Origin: Camelus ferus
Taxonomy: Eukaryota
Direction: 5' to 3'
NCBI RefSeq assembly: GCF_009834535.1
Contig: NC_045697.1
Span: forward strand, 46,254,001 to 46,318,000
DNA: 64,000 nt
The notes beneath the pieces were generated by a model. It was not told the DNA's origin, searched no databases, and saw only the letters and a program-made list of their open reading frames with translations. Positions 14,329-28,250 of this stretch are shown here, piece by piece (the first letter of the stretch is position 1; each line of letters begins with the position of its first letter). The translations under genes and the position numbers were made by a program.

Positions 14329-14436
14329 GCAAATGAACAAATTGAGAAAGCGGGAGGCTTAAAGACCTCCAGTATTATAATTGCTCTGACAGATGGTAAG
14401 TTGGACGGTCTGGTGCCATCGTATGCAGAGAAGGAG
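14329..14436 (+). CDS. ANTXR2: ANTXR2 exon 5: [36 protein letters not shown], includes MIDAS Asp (D148)
   Basis: cttttcag acceptor, GAG|gtgagt donor, 108 nt, phase 0-0; visible inside ORF 14299..14508. Confidence 0.98.
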
Positions 14437-14561
14437 GTGAGTGTTGAACTGAAACTGTTCTTTCCACCCCAGTGTGCTTTGCTGTATGTCTCTGCATGGA
14501 TAGCCTGATCTTTGAATAATTCACCTCTCTGTCTCCCTCTCTCTGTCTCTCCCTCTATTAG

Positions 14562-14630
14562 GCAAAGATATCCAGGTCACTTGGGGCTAGAGTTTATTGT
14601 GTTGGTGTCCTTGACTTTGAACAAGCTCAG
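14562..14630 (+). CDS. ANTXR2: ANTXR2 exon 6: AKISRSLGARVYCVGVLDFEQAQ
   Basis: CT-rich tract and attag acceptor, CAG|gtaagt donor, 69 nt, phase 0-0. Confidence 0.97.
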
Positions 14631-15395
14631 GTAAGTACAGCAGATCTGTGAATTTTAATCTCAGCCAAATAATTGTCTTGAGGAGAGCTTATCAGATTTT
14701 TTTTCACTGATGACTTATGATGACAGTAATCAGTAGTTATAGATTTCTCTATAAAAATGGCCAGATGTCTTGAGCTCTATGTTTATAGTGTTTGATTTCC
14801 TTACTGAAAACAAAACTCTAATTTTCTTGAGCATTTATTTGGTTTGAAGTAATTAACATAGGAAAAACTTTTGGATTAAAATAATAGGAATACTCCTCTT
14901 CTTTGACTCAACTGACAAGATTATCATGACAAGTCTTGTTTACGTGTTTTAGTTTGATTGAAAACTCTACTCTTAGGAGTGCAGGGATTTGGGAAGTCTG
15001 TGCACGTAGAAATCTTTAATAATTTTCCTTACAAAAACCAGTTTTTTTGATGAAGTTTCGAGGGCTTACACATTACAAATTTTTTTCCACTGACAATGTG
15101 ATTTTACATTTAAATGCTTGGTTAAGTACACCTGAGATTCTTGAGTCTCGTGACATTTACAGCTAGTAGAACTCTGCTGTTTTGAAGTTGAAACTCAAGT
15201 AAAAGGACCCTGATCTCAGTGCATTTTGTTGTGATACACTTAGAGTAACACTAGTACCGTCACCTGCAATTCCTGACAGTGAAGTAATCCTCTGCTGTAA
15301 TTTTTCAGATGCACATTAACTGAAACATAATGAAGTGTAAAAAGTATTTTATGTCTCAACCACCCCGTAATTAAATTTTTCTCCTTTTTCTAAAG

Positions 15396-15476
15396 CTCGA
15401 AAGAATTGCTGATTCCAAGGAACAAGTTTTCCCTGTCAAAGGTGGATTTCAAGCTCTTAAAGGAATAATTAATTCT
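15396..15476 (+). CDS. ANTXR2: ANTXR2 exon 7: [27 protein letters not shown] (C-terminal part of VWA)
   Basis: tttttctaaag acceptor (AAG type), TCT|gtgagt donor, 81 nt, phase 0-0. Confidence 0.97.
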
Positions 15477-18400
15477 GTGAGTATTTCTCCGCAGACAGGA
15501 GAGGCTCATAATTGTAGATATATTTTAAATGTAAAAAGTAATCTTGATATCCAGTTCAGTTGGTCATTATCTTGAACAAAGAGATTAAGAAGGAAGTTGG
15601 ATGTTGCAAACGCAGGGAAATTCTAAAGATCTGGATCTTGTTTGTAAGTGAGATTTGGTATTAATTCTTGTAAATTGAGCTCTGTGAGCCTGGGTTTGTG
15701 ATTTCAAGTTTAAGATTTTCATAAATAGTCCCAGAGCACCCTTTGAGCATGGAGTTCCTCACCGTCTTGATATCTTGAAAGTTTTATAGGCTTTATAGAA
15801 GTGTAAAATAAAATTTTGGATTGGAATGTGTGATTACTTCCTCCTCCAAATATGGTATGTCTTAGCTATCAGTCAGGCAACTGGAACCAGCGGCTGAGGA
15901 TTTGACTGCTGTTGTTGTTCTTTCCATTTCAATGATTAATGGTTTCACTGGAGCTCGTAATACTTCTGTTTGGAATTCAGTTGAGCTGTCTCTGGTGATC
16001 ATTAGAACCGGGGCCACCCTAAACGGGGTCTGGGGAAGTGGAGTGATGAAATGCAAAGCAAAGCTCCTAGGGCTTCACAGCTGAAGTTTATGTTTTGTTT
16101 TACTGCCTTTTGCTAGAAGCACTAGGAACGGTTGCTATTAAGTATTTATGATATTTTGGTAAACAACATTCTAAAATGGAAGTGAATAATATACATTCTC
16201 TAAGCCAAAGCTTTTCCTTTAATCTTTAGATATTTTTGAAGGAAAAAAAAAATCTCAGTTTTTTTCTGACATTTGGTTCTGGCATTTACAATTTTTTTTA
16301 AAGATCATGTTTTTTTCAGAAACTAGTGAGATTTATTGAATTTGTTTTTGGTAGCCTGTAGGCTTTTCTTCCGCCCATAATAAGTGGAGCTTTTTAGAGG
16401 AAACATACGATTTGGTTCTATCCCATATTAGTATGACTAGTGGACAGGCCAAGTGTAAGTGCAGAATGGAAAAGAGATTCAATTATTTTAGGAGTTTACA
16501 TATGTGTTTAGTTTTAGGAAAAATTTTCAATGTAAAAAATAGTAAATACTTTTATGGCTAGATTCATGATATATAGTCTACAACTGTGATTGGCTTTAAA
16601 ATATTAAAAAATGGATTGACAATGCAAATAGAAGTATCATTTGACCCTATAAATAAATCAGTGTATTGTATTTTAAATAGAATTTTACTATACTTGTGAA
16701 TTTGCAATTATTTTTATAATTAATACTGGGGAGGAGAAAAGACCTCTGTGGGTTTTTCCCTTGGGAAATTTTTGAAAACTCTCTTTTTGTGGGTTATGAC
16801 GACAGATTTCTCTTTCAAGGTACTAGTAGTTGACTATCAGAGGAGATAAAGTTGTTGTTTTATTAAATTCATTTGTTAAAGTTCATGGTTTAAATTTGTA
16901 TTAGAGAAACTTCAGAATGGAATTTCTAACTACAGTGTTTCTTGCCTGAAGTTCTTGATGGACTTTAGCTCAAGTGAGTTATGTTGAAAGATTTAGCATG
17001 GAATTAGAGAGAGCTGGGTTATTTTAGCCACAAATTATGAATGAAGCCTCTTGAGTTTCCTCTGGAGGTGGCTGATGGGTATAGCTATCATCTCATTGTA
17101 ATTAAACTTCAGCTATTTTGTCACAAATGGAGGAGTAAATGATCCTCAGGGAAGCCAGCCTCTGGGGAAGCCCTGGCAGTAACTTGGCAGAGGTGGCAGG
17201 TAGACAAACGGAGCCATTACAGTCAAAGCTGATCCCACTAATCGCTGAGATTTTTGTCAACATGATGCTAGTTTAGGATTTCTGCCCACTTTGTAGAAAT
17301 TTAAGGCCATTCAAACACTTTAGCTCTCTTCAAGGCAGAGATTGCTCCACCTCTGATAATATACAAAAAGTATACTTCTGCCTCAAATTTGAATTACCCC
17401 TTATACTTACAAATTATATTTTAAAAATTTTATTTGATACTTAAAACAAATATAGCGTATCTATTTCAGGGTAAGGGCAGACAGAAGAGAATATCTCTCT
17501 GTTCTTTAGGGTTTACCAAACTAATGGATAAAATTGTACTGTGGAATGTATGTACACGAAACTAAGCAAATGGAAGAAAACAGAAAATTTAAGTCTTTCA
17601 AGATACTTGGTACTCCGAAGGCAAAAATATTTGCTAAATAGATTACAGATTTATTTTTCCTGATAGGAGTCATTTAAGTACATCTGGCCTTATTGTCAGT
17701 GCATTCATTTCCTTGAAGTTAATCTTTAATCGAGAAAAACTGATAATGTGATTTTCTTATTTCCGTTGTCCTTCCTCCCCTGCCCACCAAAATCCAGTGA
17801 TGGTTCGGTCCCCTTGTTTTATAAGATAGCAAGTTTTGTTAAGACATGGTTTGTCTAGGCTCAGCTTCTTAATCAGCAAAGATTGGAATTTAATTTTGGA
17901 GCCTCTTTTTATCACAGTTAGAAACACTAAGTAGTCCTGTCTTTTACAGCTTCAAAAGCAAGGGACCTGAAAGGGCCTTTGTTATGAACATTTTGCTTGT
18001 TAACAGTTCAGTGCCTTTTCTAAAATTTATTTGATTCAGAAAATCACATTACTGTTCTATTTTAATTTGGAAGGAATGTATCATTTCAAAATTTTTAGAT
18101 TTCTATCCAGGCAAACAGGATAAATAACATTTTTTTGTACTATTGGTTTAACCTCCACTCTTAATTAGCACATTTGATGGTTTAGAATTCATTATCATCA
18201 TCATGTAGGTACTAGTGAAAACCTTTTCCTCTTTTCCCGTTATCTAATATATTCTTTCACTTACTCATTTATTGAGCTCTTACTATGCTTAGGGCATTGT
18301 GTTAAGCTTGAAAGAGAAGACTCAAATAAGACAAATTCTCTGTTATAAAGCAACTCGAAAATGACAATTTAAGGTTTGGAATATGGTTGGGGCCCTGCAA

Positions 18401-18934
18401 GAATTACAAAGTGTGGGAATTTGGGAAAGGGAAATTTCCGTGCGTCACCCTATGTAATAAAAAGAAATCCTACAGTGCAATTTGTGTTAAAATGCCAATA
18501 TGGCTAGAGTAAAGTTGACAGAAAGGTGGAATAATTTGGTCATGTGAGGCTTTGACAATGAGAGTAAGTATAATTAGAAACAAGAAACACGGAACTTCAG
18601 GAACAGCCTGGGCTGAGTGGCTGAGGCACCATAGTATTTGGTTTCGATTATGGAGCTATCATGGGGGATAAACATTGACAGGCAGGCTGGACCCAGATTA
18701 TGGAGACTCTCAAATGTTTAGATGGTGAATTGCCCCTTATTGCATAAATAATTGGGGAAGCGTGGAAGATAAATTTAGAGCATGAGATTCATATGATAGC
18801 AGTGAACATTCAGGAAGAATAATCTTTGGGTAATGTATAGGGTGATTTGGAAGATAGAAAGCTGTGTTACGTCTCTTGCAATAGTGCTTGTGAGACACGG
18901 TACAAAGAAGCCTAATATAGTGAAGACAATATGC

Positions 18935-19130
18935 GATTGGGAGTAGGAAGACCTGAGTGCTCTGCCACTGCCTAGCCTCGTGACCTTGTATATGTCCTGT
19001 AATGTAATCTCTCTGAGTTAAAATTTTCATCAGTCAGTGCGGATAATGATACCTATTTCATTGGGTTGTTTTGTGATTTAAGTGAGACAATGATTAAGAA
19101 TGATGTAACTCAGAAGATGTGGGCTTTAAA
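18935..19130 (+). mobile_element. MIR SINE
   Basis: gaagacctgagtgctctgccactgcctagcctcgtgaccttg...atacctatttcattgggttgttttgtgatttaagtgaga. Confidence 0.65.
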
Positions 19131-21611
19131 GCCTGTGGTGGGAAGCTGGGAATGGCAGGAAGATGGGACCATGTGGGGTGGGGTTATTGATTCTTCAGGA
19201 CGACAGTCCACTGAGAGAAATGGCCAGCATTCTAAACAATCAATGACTTAGGTCTAAAGGGGGATGGTATTGATATGTGCAAGGATCACATCTAGTAGGT
19301 GGGTCATAACAAGGATGTCTAGATGGTGTAGCCACGCAGAGTCAAGTATCTGACTGTGCCCTGGTTCCAAATCCTCGGGAATCGGGACTCGGACCCAGCC
19401 AATAACTAGAAAAGGAGATTCAGTATTCTCTTGACAAAAGCTATGTAGAATTTCAGGAAACTCCATTCTGAAAAGAGGCACAATTTTTGTGGGGGAAGTT
19501 GTGGTGCTAATTAGCAATTCATAGTGGTAATACTACCCTGTTAGGAAGGAAACTGCATCTCCCAGTGGACCATAGTTCCTAAGGGCTTATTTCAGGCCCT
19601 GGGATTCTAGGTCCTTCACAATAAAACTAGGTCAAGGACCGCAAGGGAAGCACCCAATAAACTCTCTGCCCTGGTCAGAATTGTGTCGGGAGCAGGGTGG
19701 GGCTGAACGTCCCTTTGTAAAATCGCTTGCTCTTGCTAAGTGGGGCTCTGGAGACTCTGGCAAATATTGCTGTTGTTATCATTGTGATGGCAGGGAAACT
19801 GGAAATAAAAAGGTAAATGTGGGGAGCTTTAAAAAATTAACAGAACCGGGGGCTCACTGGATAGAGGATATAACGGGCAGAGAGAGGAACCAAATGTGAC
19901 TTGGGCCCTCCACCCCTGGCTCGTGTGAGTACCTAGAAGCATTGCAAGTGAAGTCTGTTCTCACAGAGGGTCTGGAGTGTGAGAGGACAAAATGAAACTG
20001 GGCAGAAGGGCAGAGAGAAGCTGAATGGGCCTAGGAAGAAACCTCGCTGGAGGATGTCTCTTAGGGAAGTGGAAGTCCAGGGAAATGTTCCGGGAAACCT
20101 GCAGCATTCGGTCATTCTTTCTCTTGTTTTTTCTCTGCTCTCCCATTACTCACAAACAGAAGGATATAGTTCTTCTATTTTCCACTTTACATTGTTTTTA
20201 AGATCTTAGAATATTAGTTATTTTTGGTTTCTTGGAAAAGTGATTGTAGGACTTTCATTTGAAAATAAAATTTTGTTCAGACGAGGATAGGTCAGATTGA
20301 CCTGTGAGTGGCACACGGTTTCTAGTGCAGTGTTTCATAGTGCAGTCCTGTAGAAGAGGACATTAAAGAGAAAACAAAGCCTGATTAGCGAATAAAGGGA
20401 AAGAATAAAAATCCAAATGATCTGTGGCCTCCTTCCCTCTTTTTTTTAAAAAAAAACAAAGCCATGAGATATTTTACTCTTTGCAATTATTTCCGCAATT
20501 TTTATTTTTTTGCTGAAGTGAAACACTTCAGAAAGTGTTAAGCACAAGAGATGAATGAGTTGTGAAGCTGGGTTTATAAATAACCCTGATCCAAAAGAAT
20601 TAAGAACACTGCATCTGAGGTGATGGCAGCAAGTGCCAGAGTTTCTAAGTACCTAATGGAGAAGTAGAGAAACATAAATAGGAAGGCAATGGTCACTCAT
20701 ACGTGTAGGAAATTTAAATAAAACTGTGATAGATTGTTTATAAAGGGAAACAGTGCAATATACATTTCACAAAATACCTTCATTTGTAGTGCTGGAAATA
20801 CAAGCTTCATTTGACCTTTGGAGCCAAGATGTTTTTTCTCAGTAACATCTATTATTGTTAATGATAATATGTTATTATTATTTTTAAAAGTGTTGAAGAA
20901 AGGTGTCTAAACAGTATTTTAATGGATTGAGAAGACATTGCAAAATTATTTTCTCTACTGGAAAACCGTTTTCGTAGAGGAAGGTGGTACCTAATAAACA
21001 TTCTGATAAGACCTTAGCTTAACTGCTTTCAGCAGGTTCTGCTATGAATGTTGACTGCCTCATTGTGGAAATCTCTATAAAGTCATGGTTTGATGAAAAA
21101 CCTAAAGTCTGAGCTAACTATAGAGATATATTCACAGGGAAAGAAGAAAAACCAAACTGATACAACTTACTCAAATTGGAAATCAGTGTCTAGGACTCCT
21201 TTTAAAAAGGACTGGCTATAATGTGAGGCTCATTATATGTCAGATTCTTCTGAGCTTCTATTTATCCAAGGACCTTTAGTACTGAATATAGATGAGCTGT
21301 CCCTTATAACATCTTTCACATTAATGGTAGGAAGGTTGGGATCCTATTTCTCCCCCTCCTCCTTTTTTTTGCCCAGTGCTTAATATAGCATTGGTTATGT
21401 AGTCATTGTTTAGTTCATATTAATCAATAAATGGATACATAAAATCCATGCTTCTTGAAAATATTTTTATATTTTTATAATATATTTATGGTTTAGTTAA
21501 GCATTAAAAAAATCAGATCATTTTTTTGTTTGTTTTTGCCAGAAAATCTTTATTTTGGATTGACTTCTGATTCTGTATTACTTTGATTTCATCCTCTTTA
21601 TTTATATTCCA

Positions 21612-22200
21612 CTGTATTAAGACTTTCGGTTACAAATGACAAAAACCAAGTTCATAGTAGCTTAAGGGGGAAAAAGTTATTGGCTTTTACAGCTAACTGG
21701 ATGGTCCAGAGGAGGAAATTGCCTCAGGTACAGTTAGATCCAGGGAATTAATCTGTGTTCTTAGGGTCTTCTCTCTTTGTAGGTTTTGCCTGTATTTCTG
21801 TTTGCCTCATTCTCTCTTTATTCAGATGAGTGTCAAATGAAAGTAATCACCAAGGGTTTCAGCTTATATGGGGCTCAACTAGCAAGCCCTTTGGAAAGAG
21901 AGACCTGTTGTCTCTGGGCATTGGTATACTTGGTCCTAGTTAAAGACTCTGATTTACTCCCTTGGGTCAAGTGCTCACTCCTGTAACAATTATAATCAAC
22001 AAACATATCTGGACCAGCCTGGGTAACATGCCCACCCCCATGATGAAAGGTTGGGAGCAAGCTGGAGAGGGAGATGGTATCATGATTGATAGCCTCACTA
22101 GGACTCTGTGGAGTGGAGAACAATTTCCCCAGTAGAAAGGGAACACTGTTCATAGGTATGTAAGGATGAAAAACTGTTCTGGGTAGGGAAAAAAAATCAA
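21612..22200 (-). mobile_element. Old MaLR LTR (MLT1 family)
   Basis: tgtattaagactttcggttacaaatgacaaaaaccaag...gcttaagg...ttattggct, with later ctctgatt...cttgggtcaagtgctcactcctg. Confidence 0.55.
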
Positions 22201-25200
22201 TAACTATTACAGTTTACTATATTCAAATACATTTAAAATGCTTTTGACATATTTTATTAAGTCACTCCACTTCTAAATTCTAATTAACTCAAAAATACAA
22301 ATAGAAAATTTGCCTTAAATTATTCATTTACTTTACTGAAATTTTATAATCTTGACATCCATTGTCCAATGCTTTATTTGCATTTGCATGATAATTATAC
22401 TTAATAATATTATTATTCTTTCCTTTTTCTTTATTTGGTTGGGATTGTAGTTTAAGAAAATCAAATCCATTTTCAATAAATAATTACAGCTTTGTGATAT
22501 TTTGTGAGAAAACTAAAGTGGTGGTACTAGGTTACATAGCCAAAATTAAGTGCCAGATGTTTATTTCTTAACATTAATCTGTTGGACTACAAAAGAAGAT
22601 GACCTTTAGAGGCTCAGCTTGTTTTTGAAAGCAAATTCAGTTGAGTGCAAGGACATTGAAAAGGAGGCTAAAATGGTTACAATTTGTGACTAAATGTACT
22701 GTCAGTGTAAATTATCATGAGTAAATGCATAATTCCTCAGTTATATCTCATTTCCCCACAAATATAATAAATCCTAATTTATTTGGAAGCAAATTTTTGA
22801 ATATTTACTGTGTCCAAGACACTATTCTGATGTTGGGTTACAAAGATGGATATAGTATTCTTGACTTTTCTGAGCTCACAATTTTTAGGCATATGTGTTT
22901 GTAGAATCAATAGAACTGATTAGAGCTTTTTTTTTTTTTTTTTTCTATTCCTGTTGCATAGGAAAATATTTTATTTGCCACTCTGGAGTTTCAAAAAATC
23001 AAATAGAACAAATACAGACTTACCATGCTTGACAGGTCTATTTAACATTTCAGTTAATGAAACAAGAGAATGGGTAAATAGGACTAATATGAAATAATAT
23101 ATGCATCTAAGTGAAAAACATGTTGGGACTCAATTTCTTTAGATTCTGAAACAAATGGTACATTTATTATTACTTTATACCATAATTTCAAAGCACTTTT
23201 TATGGAAAAATCTACTCATCCTTTAAGAAAGCATTAAATGATTATTCTGAGTTTATGCTGAACAAAAGAAAGAGAGGCACATAAACTTTTGTTTTATATC
23301 CCAGTCCATTTTTGGGTGTGTTTCTGTGTTACAGTGAAAAAGGAAGACTTGCTAATATGATTTGTTGTGAAAATCACAAGATGCAGAGGAGCTTAGTTGT
23401 CACTTGGGTTTTTGTTTCGCAATTTGTGATACGGACATGATTTCACCAACAGGATAATCAGTAACTCATCTGTTATGTGTGGAGCTGAGACGAGTAAAAG
23501 GCAACAATCATAACTTACATTCGTCCCCAGATTTATTAGAGTAAAACTTTGTTTAGAATCCGTCGCTTGTGCTTAGACTGTTCCCTTGTTTGCCAAGGAA
23601 GAGAGAACCCATATTTAGAAATGGGTCAGTGCAGAACATGCCGTATTGAGCAACTGGTATTTTGGAGCTCCAAGCATTTTTTAAAAAATAAACAAACCAA
23701 AACATGTGATTACAAATTACAGTTGTTTTTCATTGAAGTATTACCTCTTAGAGAAAAATATATTTGGTAGGGATGTTTGGCAGCAAGATAGAAAGTAAAA
23801 ATCATATGTCTGAATATTGAAAGGTAAAAAGCAAACAAGAAAAGATTGTGAAAAACATCTTTCTAGTTGTTTTAGCTGCTTATTTTATGCACATGTATGG
23901 CTGATTACTAAAGCTTCATTTTGAAGGGGACTTTTGGGGGGGAACTAGTGATGTTCAGTGATTTTTCCTCATGAAATTTAAACTTGGAATGCTTCATATT
24001 TGGGATGAACTCAGTGCTAAAAGCTTCTCAGTGAAGCAGAAAAAAAATAGTTTGCTTTTTTAGACCGTATTATTATGCTCACTGATATTTTCTGACATGC
24101 TGTATGTCATGGAAATGAGCAGTTTCTATTTGTTAAGTATACACTGAGAGTACTTGTAAATTATCTGCAAGGTACTGGTGTAGGTGATGTTATATACTCA
24201 AAGTCACTGTTAGAAAATTATTGCTAGAATGAATATTTTGAATTTTGAATAGAGTTTTTAAAATGTTGAAGATGTTTGGCTAGCATATTGAATTTAAGTG
24301 TGAAGAGATCGTCTATTTTGGGGGAAATACCTTTTTATTTAGAATTGACCTTAAAAAAGGAGGTCACAAAGGAAACCATTCAATGGGATTTAATATATTT
24401 TTCCTGTTTCCACATATCCTGTCTAGAATTAGCCCTTTTTGGAAAAGAAGAAACATATCTTAAATTTGTTTCTTTTTGTGTTGTTTTTATTGTTTCTTTC
24501 TCTTTAAAACAATTTTTTTTTCCGTTTGGCTCAGTGCATTGATTACCAAAAAATTGAACTGTCCAAATAAGTTTTCCTTTCATTGTGTGTGACCAAAAGA
24601 TTAGTTCAAGTAGCCCCTCATTAAACTCTGTATTTTTAAATATGTTAAACAGTTCATTGTTATGCACCCCATTTATTTGTTTTGTAGTCTGAATGCTTAT
24701 GCTTTTTATTAGAAAGTTTTACATTTAATTTTCAGTTAATTCAATAAAGATTAATTGAGCAGCTGCTGTTATAACATATTGTGCTGTATATTTTTTATAT
24801 TAGATTGGTTTTGAATGTGAGGCATTATCATTCATTTAAAACATATTTACCTAGTTTCTTCTGGAAAGGGCTCTATTCTACTTTCCAAGAGTATCTTTCC
24901 CATTGCCATTTAGAAATCGGAAAAAATATAGATTTTAAAAATCTATCCTTGGTTTATAATTAGTTGTAGGAAGTGGGCTTTTGTTTGTTTGTTTTGTTTA
25001 CACTGGATGCTTGATCTTCAAATCATAAGACCTAGATATTTCTCACAAATTTAATATTAAACATCAAAGACACTGTGGGTCCTAAATAATATTTTGACTT
25101 CATCCCCTCATCTTAGCTAATTCCATGCTAAATTTTGTCTTAGATATATCCTGACTGCAATTCTCCACTAATTAATCCCATTTTATCTTCAGGGCCAGAA

Positions 25201-27739
25201 GAAAAGGGCCACAGCAATATCCATTGTATGCATTTCTTTCAGGCCATGATATGGCTTTTACTACCTCCTATATGTTCCATATTTGTTATTATAACATGTG
25301 TTCATTATGTAAACATGTTTAGGGACTTACAAGAGCTCAATCAAAATATGGGTTCATAGGTATCATAAAATGTCCAAGAAAGAAGAAATCAGGCCTGATG
25401 CTATCTGCTTATTTCTGCTCTAGATAGTTCCTTGATAATACTGTCAATTTTCCTGGTTATTATTCAGTAGTTGTAAAGATCTGATCATAACCCTATGGAT
25501 GAGTAAGATAAGAAATTGTTTTATAACCAAGGAGATTCTTGAAAGAGTTATGTCTCTGTCTTAGCAGTGGTCCTCACACCTCCACAAATCTTGCGCATTC
25601 TGACTCCGAAGTGCGTGTCTGCCACTTGTTGCCCTGTGCGCAAATTTAGCCTGTAGTGAAATCGTACAACCTGACCACATAACACTAGATGCAGGCTCAA
25701 TCCAAATTAATTTGCCTGGAGTATCCAGGGTGAAACCCCATTCTGGAACTTCATTCAGGCTGGACTTCAGAGGACAGCACAATAGGACCTACTTTGATCT
25801 CCTGCCAAACATCTGTATTCTCAGAAGCCAGCAAGCAGCACAGTCAGGGCTGACTCCTAAGGCTGCATCCGGTCTTACCGCTAACCAAACTAACCCAGAG
25901 GGAGGCGTAAACAACCTTATCGTATTCTACCCCACTCCCTTGCCAAAATGAGACATTCCATGAAATTTGTGTTTGCAGTGTTCACCCAAACTATTGAGAG
26001 TATTCTGATGATCTGAATTGTACAAATAACATATTCAAACTGTGTACAATAAGTTAGAAGCAACAGAAAATAATTAATGATAATTTGTAAGGGTGAATGC
26101 TACTGTTCCACACAGTTTTATCCCAAACAACTCATCAGATGGGAAATACTTGGATTTTTTTACTTTCTTATGAATTAATGGCAGGCTTTTTATCATACAT
26201 TTTAAAGGAGGCATTCAAGACAAATACATTTTAAAGAGGACAGAAAGTTTTGATAATGAGTAAGGACAGTAACTGTTATTATAGAGATTAAATATATAAA
26301 ACCATCTTTAGGCATTTCATTCCCAGTTTGGGACAATATGCTGGAATGTAGACCTTTTACACAAAGTACTAGAATTTAGAATTCTATATATTTCAACCTC
26401 TTTTCTTTTATAGATTTTTACTGGTTTATAAACACGAGTCTTGCCGATGGTCTTGTGTATACCATCAGCTACTCAGCCTAGACCTCTCCTGCCTGGAAGT
26501 TCACACTTTTATCTCCTGCCCAACCTGTGCCCTGTGGGTGCAACTGTAGGTTAAAAATGTTTAAAGACCCTGTGGTTCACAAATGCAGGAGGGAGAGAAA
26601 CTAAGAGAAAGAGTTAGAGAGGGGCAGAGCTCCCTCAGGCAGACATGTAGGCCGACTTGATTTTCCAGTGTTGACGCTCCATGTTGGAACATATTCCTTC
26701 CTTGCATTTTTTGCTTTACTAATGGTTATGCTGCCTGAATTTCCATGTATAGGGATTTTCATGGCTTAAAAAAATAACCTCCTGAGGCTGTAATCCTGTC
26801 CAGGTTGTTTGAAGAGTCATCTTTTCACATATCCACATTCACATGTTAGTATGAATGAGTTCATGGAATAAGAACAACTACATTGAAATAGAATATTTGG
26901 GGGAGGTAGGGCAAACCTGGATTGTGATTGTGGTTAGAGAAAAAACATTTCTGTGCAACTAGAAACCTGGGTGAGACAATGAGAGGGGAGGGGCAAAGAC
27001 TCACTTAGCCTATATCAAAAGTTTGCTAAAGTCAGCTTCACATCCAGAAAAAACAGAAAGATTAAACAAAACCAACAGTGCCAAACTTTTGCCTCCTCAC
27101 TCTGAATGTCCTTTCTGTTCCCAGGATTCAGGCAACTTCTAGAGTGTTTGAACTATGAAACCTCAATACCGTTGACATAGTTACTTTTATGGAAAAAAAT
27201 GTGTTCTAAGATTGAATACAAAAAATAACTTTTCTAAGCGCAGTTTGATTTTAATTTCCAAATTCCTACTATGTTCCCACACCAGTGTCAGGACCCCTGG
27301 TAGCTTGTTCTAGTCTTGCTTGTCTTTTAGCTTCTGTATGTTGCCAGGAAGTAACAAGTACAAGTGTTTTGTCTGTACAAAACCAAATCTGAGACCAAAA
27401 GCAGTAATAAAGTAAGAAAAAATAGAAAAAATGAATAAAAAGAGAGAGGGCTCTGAGCATTTGGGTGTCCTGTATATTACTAATTCATGGGATGATCCAA
27501 AATTTGAATTTATTCAAAGTCGGTGGTCCTGGAATTTTAAAACAAACCTATAAAATCCCCAGTAAAAAAAACAGTGTAAGCCTAGTGACATACTTTTGAA
27601 GATAAGAAATAAGCCAGATTGTAGATTATTTTTGATAGTATAAAAGACATCCAGGCAAAACAGGCAGATACATTTCACTAGTTTGTTGGATATTAATTTG
27701 TCTAATGGATAGACCATTTATTCCAAGCCTGGAGGGTGG

Positions 27740-27995
27740 CAGGGGACTGGTTAGAAGAACGGAATTTGGGCTCAGTCAGACCTGGGGAGATTTGGCTCTG
27801 CTATTTAAAAAACTAATTGTTCTAGGATATTTTAAAAAAAATCTCTCTAAGTCCCAGTTTTCTCACCTATAAAATGGGGATAAAAATAGTATGTATTCTT
27901 AAGATTTGGAAGGATTGATTGAAGAAATTCAGATAAAATGCTTAGCACAATTTCTGGAATGTAATAAGCACCCAATAAATGGTAATTATTATTAT
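27740..27995 (+). mobile_element. MIR SINE
   Basis: ctctctaagtcccagttttctcacctataaaatggggataa...gcttagcacaatttctgg...caataaatggtaattattatt. Confidence 0.75.
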
Positions 27996-28207
27996 TGTTG
28001 TTAGAATTTGAATTTTTGGCTATGGATATTTTTTCTAAATTTAGAAAGTTTAACTTTTGTCATCCGTATTAATATTTGAGGATTTAAAAGTAAGGATTGG
28101 GTAATAATATATTTTTTTCATTTGTAAATATTCCTTAATACAAATATTACTTTTTGAGTGAACAATTAGTATACTCTTTTCACAGCTAGCATCAAGTTCT
28201 TTGCCAA

Positions 28208-28250
28208 TCTATCTATCTGTCTATCTATCTATCTATCTTTATATATATAT
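28208..28250. repeat. (TATC)n followed by (TA)n microsatellite
   Basis: tctatctatctgtctatctatctatctatctttatatatatat. Confidence 0.85.

Noticed and set aside
14299..14508. ORF as a stand-alone gene
   Set aside because: It is ANTXR2 exon 5 plus in-frame flanking intron sequence.
15846..15855. Perfect CArG box CCAAATATGG (SRF site)
   Set aside because: Several CC(A/T)6GG matches are expected by chance in 64 kb of AT-rich DNA; no conservation or chromatin evidence is available.
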